NCBI GenBank assembly: GCA_963783355.1
Contig: CAWANF010000007.1
Location: 156,192 to 220,191, forward strand
Origin: an uncultured bacterium
Lineage (GTDB): Bacteria > Bacteroidota > Rhodothermia > Balneolales > DATFMH01
Length of the DNA: 64,000 bases
Direction of reading: 5' to 3'
In this document: piece after piece, positions 49,601 through 58,200 of the stretch
Layout: each line of letters begins with the position of its first letter
How positions within the stretch are numbered: position 1 is the first letter of the stretch
Translations under genes and position numbers: made by a program
Notes under the pieces: generated by a model
What the model saw: only the letters and a program-made list of their open reading frames with translations
What the model was told of the DNA's origin: nothing
The model's database searches: none

Positions 49601-50743
49601 GTGTCAGGAATTTACATTCACATACCATTTTGCCGTCAGGCTTGTTCCTATTGTGATTTCTATTTCGTCACAAAAACCGATCAAAAACAGCTATTTGTAC
49701 ACAAGCTGATTGAAGAAATTTTCTATTTTAAGGATTCGGAATATTCCAGCGAAAACGTTGAAACCATTTATTTTGGCGGGGGTACGCCTTCACAACTTTC
49801 CGGAGGGGAAATAGAACAAATTTTAACAGCTGTCAATAAGGTTTTCGGCACTTCTGGTGTGAAGGAGATCACTTTTGAGATGAATCCGGATGACGTCAAT
49901 ACCAATTATCTCAACGACTTAAAAAACCTCGGGATCACCCGCGCAAGCATGGGTGTCCAATCGTTTCATCCCGATTTGCTATCATTTATGCATCGTGCCC
50001 ACAACAGGGAAGATGCTTTGCATTGCCTGGAATTGCTCGAAAAATCAGAACTTCAGACTTATTCGGTCGATTTGATTTACGGTAATCCAAATCAAACCGA
50101 AGAGGATCTGGAAGAAGATATTCATACTTTGATGGCCTTCGAACCTCCGCATGTCTCCGCTTATTCACTGACCATTGAACCGCGAACACGACTTGGCAAG
50201 CTGGTTGATTTGGGGCGCCTGAAACCACTGGAAGATGACATTGTTGGCCGTCATTTTGATCTCGTATCGCAGATGTTGTCGGAACATAACATTCACCGGT
50301 ACGAAGTGAGTAATTTTGCGCGAAAAGACCACGAAGCGATTCATAATTCCAACTATTGGGAACATAAGAACTACCTTGGATTTGGTCCGGCCGCACATTC
50401 TTTCTGGCGGGATGACAAAACCCGGGCAAGACGCTGGCAAAACAAACCGGATTTGTCCGCTTACCTTGCAAATGAAGCGGGCGAGAATATATCAAATGAA
50501 GAATACCTGCCGCCCGAAACCCTGGGAGAAGAACGAATCATGCTTGGACTGCGAACCATCAAAGGAGTATCAAGCGATTTGCTTACAGATTCTTATCAAT
50601 ATCCCTTCAGTGATTTGCAACTCCATTACATTGAAGGATTAAATGAAGGCGGTTTCCTGAAATCTGCCGAACCTCTTATTCTAAATGACAAGGGACTGAA
50701 ACTCGCCGATCATATCACGCTTGAACTGATCAGCAGACACTGA
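49601..50743 (+). CDS. hemW: Radical SAM heme chaperone HemW (HemN-like)
   Basis: YIHIPFC...CSYCDF, YFGGGTPS, YEVSNF, HNSNYW, YLGFGP.AH; GTG start. Confidence 0.93.
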   Translation: MSGIYIHIPFCRQACSYCDFYFVTKTDQKQLFVHKLIEEIFYFKDSEYSSENVETIYFGGGTPSQLSGGEIEQILTAVNKVFGTSGVKEITFEMNPDDVNTNYLNDLKNLGITRASMGVQSFHPDLLSFMHRAHNREDALHCLELLEKSELQTYSVDLIYGNPNQTEEDLEEDIHTLMAFEPPHVSAYSLTIEPRTRLGKLVDLGRLKPLEDDIVGRHFDLVSQMLSEHNIHRYEVSNFARKDHEAIHNSNYWEHKNYLGFGPAAHSFWRDDKTRARRWQNKPDLSAYLANEAGENISNEEYLPPETLGEERIMLGLRTIKGVSSDLLTDSYQYPFSDLQLHYIEGLNEGGFLKSAEPLILNDKGLKLADHITLELISRH

Positions 50744-50786
50744 TGTTTCCTGTCCAAAACGAATCTTTCTGAAAACGGATGGACGT

Positions 50787-50951
50787 CATGGTTCAACTCT
50801 GCGCACCAAGACCATACAACCAACATCCCGGTTTTCCTTTTTCCGATATTTCCACCCCCCGATGTTGCTTATAGTATAGTTCAAATCTTTTAACAACCCC
50901 CTACGCCCCCTTTAGAAAGGGGGAACATGGTTCGACTCCGCTCACCATGAC
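50787..50951. repeat. Cluster of REP-like palindromic elements between convergent genes
   Basis: catggttcgactccgctcaccatgac (50926-50951), a 22/26-identical copy at 50787-50812, and a cccccttt-ag-aaaggggg hairpin (50906-50923). Confidence 0.65.
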
Positions 50952-51028
50952 TTTTCACTCAATATTACATTTTCCTTTTTTCCGGTCTTCCTATTCCGTT
51001 TTCCAGTGTTTTCTCTTTTATCATCCGG

Positions 51029-53584
51029 TTATTTAATAAGAAGCATTTTATGCATCTTGACGATGGTTTTATTTCCATCCCCAACCTGTAACCGGTAAAA
51101 ATACATTCCGCTGGCCAGTTGCAATCCGTTAAACGACACGGTGTGCTTTCCGGCCGCATAATTGCTATTCTGAAGTGTCTCCACTAATCTTCCGGTAACG
51201 TCATAAACAGTCAGCAATACATGAGTTGCGCTTGGCAATTCATACGTAATGATGGTCGTTGGGTTAAAAGGATTGGGATAATTTTGTTCCAGCTCTACAC
51301 TTTTTGGCAGATTCGGATTGGTCTGATCCACAGCTACCGTCGTTTTTGGCTTTATATCAATAGTTAACGTAGAAACAGGAGTTGCATTTTGATTTTCGTC
51401 CAAATCCGTACGATCAACGGTTATACTTGCTTGCGCCTGGGTGCTTGCAGTTAAATCAAGGTGACCGAGTACCCCGGATGAAAATGAGTCAGGTTCGGCA
51501 ATAGCCATTCGAAACACACCGTTGGTGTATGAATATTTGTAAATGCTATTCTTCCATACCGATCCGGTTGTATCGAGCGTAACGTTTTTAATAACATTGG
51601 GCGGAAAAGAAATCACCATGTACGTTGAAGAAAATGTTGAACCGGCACTATTGGATAATTTTAGCTCAATACGTGCATCCATCTGGGAATCGGCCGGCAC
51701 TTTTATCAGGCTGATCGACGGGCTGCTTTGTGTTATATAAGGATTTTTCGTGGAAACAGAATACGTCGTATTGGAGATACTTCCGGATCCTGCCAGCTCC
51801 GATGTCGTCTTGAAACCGGAATACTCAGGCCCATAACCGTCGTGATTCGTATCTTTTGCAAAATAGGGTAACCTACCCAAATCATGGCGCAAAAGCAGCG
51901 TTGCATCATATGCTGAAATCGTACCATTGCCCGACAAATCCCCGATCATCTTCGTATCGGAATAGACGGGTTTATTACCCAATACATAATCCAGCATCAA
52001 CATCGCATCCGACTGGTTAACCATGCCATTGTCATCCATATCACCATAGGCGATGTTGTTGGCACCAATTAAAATCCGTGTCAGAGATCCATTTACAGCC
52101 GATGCATTTGTAGAAACGAGACCCATTTCCTGCAAATCACTCCAGCGCCAGGGTGCTTTTATCTGCACCATTCCGTTGCCTGTAGCATCCGGTTTATAAA
52201 TAACTTCAGAAGTTGTCTGATTCTTCTTCCATGCCAATAACCCGATGCCGTCCTTATCAGAATTATAAAAATAGGTTATCAATACTTGTCCCGTATCCTG
52301 CGCGGTTGGAACAACCCGATCATATTCGGCACTCATCGGATTCAGGTAATACCTCGTAAGGAAATTAGTCGGTACGGAAGTATAATTATCTGCTAACAGA
52401 GAAGTAGGATAGTTTGCTTTGTCCTTAAATCCATAATTTGGATAGGAACGGGCGCCGGATGCATAATGCCATAACTCCGACTGCGTAAAATCCCGCCCAA
52501 AAGAAGCACCGTATGTTTGCAGAACATTCGACATCGCCGTCGCCATCGAATCGTTCGTTGCAGCGATATCGTCCCATGTTTTCTTCCAGAACTGAATACC
52601 ATAGGTCTGGTAGAAATACAAAGCCCAGCTCACCTGGTAATAAGAGCCCGGGTACATAGAATATTGTGGATTTTCAAATATAGAGTATGAACTTGTCAGG
52701 TAATTGTAATAATCGTCTACCGGATCGAATACGACATCTTCCATCATCGTGGCGTCCATCTCTATCCAGCTGCCGCTTTCTCCATTCCACTGGTTCGTGG
52801 CATACTGGATAGCATGTTTAAACTCATGGGCAATAGTCACCTTCAAATCACCTTTAACCTTTCCGTCGGGATCGGAATTGGGTGGAAAATAAGACGAACC
52901 AATCGAATTATTGATCAAGATATAGGTACTTCCGCTATTATCCGGTGTAGTATAGCCATAAACAGCATAGGAGGGATCACCAATTGCACCTATATAAACA
53001 TTATAGGGCTGATTATTAACCAGGGGATTTTTGAACCCGTCGTCTCTTACTTCACAATTCCAGGTGGAATCGGCATAGCTCCCCAGCCATTCCACGTAAT
53101 CGGGATACCCGTCTTTATTAGTATCGGCGGGGGGAACGGCATTCCCGGTACTGTCGATTGTTGTATAGTGGATTAGGAAATGACCGGAAGGAGAAGTATA
53201 TGTTCTATTATCCGTAGTCAATGCCGAAGACAAGTAGGTGTTAATAATTTTTTTGGTTCCGGACGATAATGATGATTTCATCTTTTCGTATTCCATTACC
53301 GTAGGGGTTAAGCATTTCAATACCACAGGTGCCGAACTTGTTACAACAGTCAACTCCTTCTGGTAACGGCTATTCATTTTTTTTTGATCAAAAACGGCAT
53401 AAAATTTATTAAGAAGGGCGTCTTCTTTGGTAATCCGTCCCCGGGACACATCTTTTTCTATAAGCCGAAATATTTTCGGAGTCTCTGTCGGATTTTGCTG
53501 CTGATGATGAATCTGTTGCGCCTGAACAGGTGAGAAAACAAAAAGCAGTAAACCAATTAATATGACTGATGCATAACCTTTCAA
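51029..53584 (-). CDS. Secreted HExxH metalloprotease (MXAN_6640-like) with dockerin-like and cohesin-like modules and T9SS CTD
   Basis: Signal peptide, SPSGHF.IHY, D.N.DG.PDYVE, AHEFKHAIQ, W..E..AT.MED, two GDxxxNG EF-hand repeats, CTD QNYPNPFNP...LASGMYFYRL. Confidence 0.85.
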   Translation of the reverse strand: MKGYASVILIGLLLFVFSPVQAQQIHHQQQNPTETPKIFRLIEKDVSRGRITKEDALLNKFYAVFDQKKMNSRYQKELTVVTSSAPVVLKCLTPTVMEYEKMKSSLSSGTKKIINTYLSSALTTDNRTYTSPSGHFLIHYTTIDSTGNAVPPADTNKDGYPDYVEWLGSYADSTWNCEVRDDGFKNPLVNNQPYNVYIGAIGDPSYAVYGYTTPDNSGSTYILINNSIGSSYFPPNSDPDGKVKGDLKVTIAHEFKHAIQYATNQWNGESGSWIEMDATMMEDVVFDPVDDYYNYLTSSYSIFENPQYSMYPGSYYQVSWALYFYQTYGIQFWKKTWDDIAATNDSMATAMSNVLQTYGASFGRDFTQSELWHYASGARSYPNYGFKDKANYPTSLLADNYTSVPTNFLTRYYLNPMSAEYDRVVPTAQDTGQVLITYFYNSDKDGIGLLAWKKNQTTSEVIYKPDATGNGMVQIKAPWRWSDLQEMGLVSTNASAVNGSLTRILIGANNIAYGDMDDNGMVNQSDAMLMLDYVLGNKPVYSDTKMIGDLSGNGTISAYDATLLLRHDLGRLPYFAKDTNHDGYGPEYSGFKTTSELAGSGSISNTTYSVSTKNPYITQSSPSISLIKVPADSQMDARIELKLSNSAGSTFSSTYMVISFPPNVIKNVTLDTTGSVWKNSIYKYSYTNGVFRMAIAEPDSFSSGVLGHLDLTASTQAQASITVDRTDLDENQNATPVSTLTIDIKPKTTVAVDQTNPNLPKSVELEQNYPNPFNPTTIITYELPSATHVLLTVYDVTGRLVETLQNSNYAAGKHTVSFNGLQLASGMYFYRLQVGDGNKTIVKMHKMLLIK

Positions 53585-53747
53585 ATTATAATCCCATTTA
53601 ATAAAAGCTCCCCCGCAGCGCTAAATAGGGTAGATGATGCATTCCATTACTCTAAAAATAAACGTAAATTAGCAGTCCATTACAATGAATTTTATTATAA
53701 AAAAATCTAACGCCAAAACTATCGTACCCGGTAAATCGTGTAAGTCT

Positions 53748-54713
53748 ATGTACAAGGTAATACTATACTATAATTTTCATAATATATCTAATCCGCAGGA
53801 TTTCAGAACGGAGCAAAGGGAATTTTGCAAATCGCATCAGCTAAAAGGCCGGATTTATGTTTCCGGAGAGGGGATCAACGGAACGCTGGCCGGAAAACCC
53901 GAAGATATCCTGGCTTACGAAAAATATCTTCAGTCTATCAAAGGTTTCGAATCTACAGAGTTTAAAGAAGACGACAGCGAGTTCATTCCTTTTGCCAAGC
54001 TGATCGTCAAAATTCGCAGCGAGATTGTATCGCTAAAAGCACCTATGCCGATCAATCCTTCAGAAGGCGGGAAGCACCTGATGCCCGAAGAATGGCGCAG
54101 GGTCATGGAATCGGAAGAGAATTATGTCATTATCGACGTGCGTAACAACTACGAATCTAAAATTGGCCATTTTGAAGGTGCATTAACGCCGGATTTAGAT
54201 ACGTTTTATGAATTTCCGGAATGGGTAGATTCGCTGGACATCGAAAAGGATAAAAAAGTATTGATGTATTGCACCGGCGGCATTCGCTGTGAGAAGTTCT
54301 CGGTATTGATGAAGAAGAAAGGCTTTGAAGATGTCAACCAATTGCATGGCGGAATACTGAATTATGCAAAAAAAGAACAAGGGGCTCATTTTAAAGGCAA
54401 ATGTTTCGTTTTCGACGACCGCCTTGTGGTGCCGGTCAATCCGAATGATGAAGATCCCATCAGTCATTGTGAAATTACCGGCGTTCCCTGCGATACCTAT
54501 ATCAACTGCGCCAATATGGAGTGCAACCGGCTCTTCGTCTGTTCCGAAGAGGGCGCCCGGATGATGGAAGGATGCTGCAGCGAAGAATGCAAAGAGAGTC
54601 CCTATAAACGCCCTTTTAACCCGGATGAAGTGTATGCCCCATTCCGTAAATGGTATAATTATTTTGGATCCGATTTCAAAAATCGAAAAAGCAAAAAATT
54701 ACAAAAGTCATAA
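53748..54713 (+). CDS. trhO: Rhodanese-related tRNA uridine(34) hydroxylase (UPF0176)
   Basis: L.GRIY...EGINGT, DVRN.YE..IGHF, MYCTGGIRCEK, LHGGI..Y, G.CFVFD.R. ATG at 53748 preferred. Confidence 0.92.
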   Translation: MYKVILYYNFHNISNPQDFRTEQREFCKSHQLKGRIYVSGEGINGTLAGKPEDILAYEKYLQSIKGFESTEFKEDDSEFIPFAKLIVKIRSEIVSLKAPMPINPSEGGKHLMPEEWRRVMESEENYVIIDVRNNYESKIGHFEGALTPDLDTFYEFPEWVDSLDIEKDKKVLMYCTGGIRCEKFSVLMKKKGFEDVNQLHGGILNYAKKEQGAHFKGKCFVFDDRLVVPVNPNDEDPISHCEITGVPCDTYINCANMECNRLFVCSEEGARMMEGCCSEECKESPYKRPFNPDEVYAPFRKWYNYFGSDFKNRKSKKLQKS

Positions 54714-55590
54714 CGTCCGGATTGTTGCTCCCTACCCATTTACGCATCACTTCAGGGTAAAACGTACCGAGGCCGGACAAAACCTGCTGGCACTGCTCCA
54801 TTCGCGTTTTCCATTTCGTTCCCGTGAAGAGTGGGAAAAACGCATAATATCAGGCCATGTTAAGCTTCAGGATCATACCGTGTCGCCGTTTGTCATTTTA
54901 AAAGAAAATGATCGCATCAGCCATCATAATCCTTCGGTTCATGAACCCTCTGTTCCTGACGACGTTCAAATAATTGATCAAAACGATGATTTTGTCGTGG
55001 TTTGTAAACCCGCCCCCATGCCGGTTCATCCCGGGGGACGATATTTCAAAAATACGCTGACATCTATCCTCGGGGAAATGGGATATGAACATCTCAGGAT
55101 TATACACCGGCTGGACGCTGTTACTTCGGGTTTAATATTATTTGGAAGAAACCCCGAATTCACCCGGGCGGCTACCGAAGCATTCCGGAATGGGGAAGTA
55201 CAAAAAAAGTACTTTGCCCTCGTTAAAGGCATACCGTCGGAAAGAGAAATAACCGTCGATTTTCCGATCCGCAGAAAATCAGGATTTATATTTGAATACA
55301 CTCAAAAATCTGGCGACCTGAAACCTGCTGAAACTCATTTTAAAGTGGTCAAAACCTTTGATACGAACAGTCTTGTGGCCTGTTTTCCTGTAACAGGACG
55401 CACCCACCAGATTCGTCTGCACCTAAAAGCATGGGGACATCCCATCGTCGATGATATTATTTATCATGAAGAAACCGTTCATTCCCCTGCGTTAAATCAA
55501 CGACACGCCATCCGTTTATTTAACGCAAAGTTGCAGATCCCAAAACTTAACGTAAATTACGAATTGCCTGTACCGGACTCTTTCTTTTAA
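54625..55590 (+). CDS. RluA-family pseudouridine synthase (start uncertain, overlaps trhO)
   Basis: KPAPMPVHPGG, HRLDAVTSG, TGRTHQIRLHL, HPIVDD. Confidence 0.88.
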   Translation: MKCMPHSVNGIIILDPISKIEKAKNYKSHNVRIVAPYPFTHHFRVKRTEAGQNLLALLHSRFPFRSREEWEKRIISGHVKLQDHTVSPFVILKENDRISHHNPSVHEPSVPDDVQIIDQNDDFVVVCKPAPMPVHPGGRYFKNTLTSILGEMGYEHLRIIHRLDAVTSGLILFGRNPEFTRAATEAFRNGEVQKKYFALVKGIPSEREITVDFPIRRKSGFIFEYTQKSGDLKPAETHFKVVKTFDTNSLVACFPVTGRTHQIRLHLKAWGHPIVDDIIYHEETVHSPALNQRHAIRLFNAKLQIPKLNVNYELPVPDSFF

Positions 55591-55595
55591 ATTCA

Positions 55596-56219
55596 TTGAT
55601 GCGAGATAACAACAAAAAATACCTAAAAACAGCGTTACTGATTCTGATACCGGGACTGTTGTCAGTTACGACAAGCTGCGGACTTTTTCAGACCCGTAAA
55701 CCGCAGGATCCATTGTCATCAAACAACTCGTCGTTTGTCCAGCCCGATGATCCTACAATTGTGATTCAAAACCTGCAAAACGCCATCAAAAATCTAAATG
55801 TCCAAAATTATTTACGCTGTTTGTCGGATTCCGGTTTTGAATTTCAACCGTCTCAAAATTCACTGACTAACTATGCTGATATCTGGAATGGATGGTCGAA
55901 AGCAGACGAACAAACGTATTTCATGAACTTACAGGCAGCTTCTCAAAACAGTACCGGAAATCAACTTCAGCTTTCCAATCCGAGTTTTGAGATACAGTCG
56001 TCTACCACACAACAGTACAAAGCCAGTTATACTGTGACAGTGATCCACAACCGGGCTCAAAGCGGGGTTCCCACCGTTGCTAACGGGCAATTAATATTCC
56101 TGCTCAAACAAGCGAGTACCGGCCTTTGGTATATTCAGTCGTGGACCGATATCTCCAGCAGCGGCGGAACCAACACATTCACATGGAGTGATTTGAAAGC
56201 CATTTTTTATAAGAGTTAA
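55596..56219 (+). CDS. Hypothetical lipoprotein
   Basis: Signal with VTTSC lipobox; W..D..TWSDLK tail; no family recognised. Confidence 0.75.
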   Translation: MMRDNNKKYLKTALLILIPGLLSVTTSCGLFQTRKPQDPLSSNNSSFVQPDDPTIVIQNLQNAIKNLNVQNYLRCLSDSGFEFQPSQNSLTNYADIWNGWSKADEQTYFMNLQAASQNSTGNQLQLSNPSFEIQSSTTQQYKASYTVTVIHNRAQSGVPTVANGQLIFLLKQASTGLWYIQSWTDISSSGGTNTFTWSDLKAIFYKS

Positions 56220-56291
56220 GCTATTCATTACGCTTAATCCTTGAAATGTATATATTTATGTAATTGATTATTCATCCGAAGGACTTCCAGT

Positions 56292-57038
56292 ATGAAAAGT
56301 ATTATTTGCGATATGGACGGTGTCATTCTCAGAGACAATACCCTGATTGATGGTGCTGATACGTTTATCAAATCTATCCTTGATAAAGGCCACCCACTGT
56401 TGTTTTTAACAAATTATTCATCACAAACTCCTCTTGATTTGAAAAACCGCCTGCAGTCGGCGGGTATAGAAATTCCAGTCAGCCATTTTTATACCTCGGC
56501 GATGGCAACCGCTGCATTCCTTGAGAAGCAGGATGGACGCAAAGCCTACGTTGTCGGCGAAGGTGGTTTAACCCACGAATTATATAATATTGGATTCACC
56601 GTTACCGACATCAATCCCGATTTTGTAGTGGTTGGGGAAACGAAATCATATAACTGGGATATGATTCAAAAAGCAGCCTTTTTTATTAACAAAGGTGCCC
56701 GTTTCATTGCTACGAATCCGGATGTTTCAGGCCCTCAGGGTTCCCCCTCATGTGGTGCTTTATGCGCTCCCATTGAGCGAATAACCGGTAAATCACCTTT
56801 TTATATCGGGAAACCGAATGCATGGATGATGCGGGCTGCCCTGAATTACCTGAAAGCCCATTCCGAAAACACCGTCATTATCGGGGATAATATGGAAACG
56901 GATATCCTGGCCGGCATTCAGGCAGGCATGGAAACCGTTCTGGTATTAAGTGGCGTAAGCCAGATGAACATCCTCGAGCGATATCCGTATCAACCAATGT
57001 ATATCTTTGATACAGTGCGGGATATCGACATCTTCTAA
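56292..57038 (+). CDS. nagD: HAD-IIA hydrolase, NagD (UMP phosphatase)
   Basis: CDMDGV, LTNY, TSAMATA, ATNPD, GKP, IGDNMETDILAG. Confidence 0.92.
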   Translation: MKSIICDMDGVILRDNTLIDGADTFIKSILDKGHPLLFLTNYSSQTPLDLKNRLQSAGIEIPVSHFYTSAMATAAFLEKQDGRKAYVVGEGGLTHELYNIGFTVTDINPDFVVVGETKSYNWDMIQKAAFFINKGARFIATNPDVSGPQGSPSCGALCAPIERITGKSPFYIGKPNAWMMRAALNYLKAHSENTVIIGDNMETDILAGIQAGMETVLVLSGVSQMNILERYPYQPMYIFDTVRDIDIF

Positions 57039-57047
57039 TTACCCGGT

Positions 57048-57596
57048 TCAGGAACGCTGCGGATAAAAAGGATTCACTTCATATGCATCTTTTTGCATAT
57101 ATGCCCGGCTGTAACGGACATAATTGACAGCGTGTTCGAGGATAGAATCCAGCTCTTTTGTTGTAAGTTTACGTACAGGTTTGGCCGGGGTTCCCATACA
57201 TAAAAAACCGGAGGGCATCACTTTCCCGGGTGTTACCACACTTCCTGCAGCAATAATGCAATCCTGCTCTACGACCGCTTTATCGAGCACAACCGAATTA
57301 ATACCAATCAAAACCCGATCGTTGATCGTGCAACCATGAACCATCGCGTTATGGCCAATGGTGACATCATTTCCGATTATTGTTGGCCCTGTTTGATTCA
57401 TTACATGGATGCAGCTGTTATCCTGAATATTGGTTCGTTTTCCAATTTCAATGTAATTCACGTCGCCACGGATTGTAGTGTTGAACCAGACACTCGATTC
57501 CATGCCCAGTTTAACTTCACCGATGATATCGGCGCTTGGAGCAATGAAATTTGAATCATCAAAAACAGGATGCTTTCCCAAAAATTCGTATATCAT
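57048..57596 (-). CDS. Gamma carbonic anhydrase family protein
   Basis: SSVWF...IRGDV, NIQDNS.IH, TIGH..MVHGC hexapeptide repeats. Confidence 0.92.
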   Translation of the reverse strand: MIYEFLGKHPVFDDSNFIAPSADIIGEVKLGMESSVWFNTTIRGDVNYIEIGKRTNIQDNSCIHVMNQTGPTIIGNDVTIGHNAMVHGCTINDRVLIGINSVVLDKAVVEQDCIIAAGSVVTPGKVMPSGFLCMGTPAKPVRKLTTKELDSILEHAVNYVRYSRAYMQKDAYEVNPFYPQRS

Positions 57597-57781
57597 GAAA
57601 AACAAAATTTTAATTAGAAAAGATGTCGAGACACCATCTTTGAGTGGAATAATGAGGTTAAGATACGGCCTGAAATGATCAAATGATCAGTAAAATTGAG
57701 GGGCAATAGCCGTAACCAGGTGGAATTCGTATTTGTATTATCTCTCTTTGATGGCTAAAAAAACGGGACGGAAAACTATGT

Positions 57782-58198
57782 TCAGTTAATAAATACCTTA
57801 TTTATAGATTTTTTGAGTTCTTCAAGAGAAATAGGTTTAATAAGATAGTCGGCATAACCGGTTTCATAGGCTCGCTGTATATGTTGGGAATCGGAGTTTC
57901 CTGTGATATAGATAACGGGCACATTTGAATACTCTCTTATTTTTTTCATGGCATCAATACCATCAATCTGGCCTTTGAGTATGATATCCATGAGAATAAG
58001 ATCAGGTTTTAGATTTTTTGCCGCTTCAATGGCTGATTCCCCGTCAGCAAAAATATCAAGCAGTTTGAATCCCATTTTTTCGATGTAGTTTTCGTATACA
58101 AGCGATAATAACATATTATCTTCGACAACCAAGATCTTCTTGTCTAAGCCCATATGACCCACCTTTTTTAAGTCTACCTGATTACTTATCTCCATCAC
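57782..58198 (-). CDS. Single-domain response regulator
   Basis: ILVVED, PDLILMDI.L, PVIYITG, KP. Confidence 0.9.
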   Translation of the reverse strand: MMEISNQVDLKKVGHMGLDKKILVVEDNMLLSLVYENYIEKMGFKLLDIFADGESAIEAAKNLKPDLILMDIILKGQIDGIDAMKKIREYSNVPVIYITGNSDSQHIQRAYETGYADYLIKPISLEELKKSINKVFIN

Positions 58199-58200
58199 GA

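Noticed and set aside
49986..50495. 169-aa minus-strand ORF
   Set aside because: Antisense to hemW with non-protein-like composition
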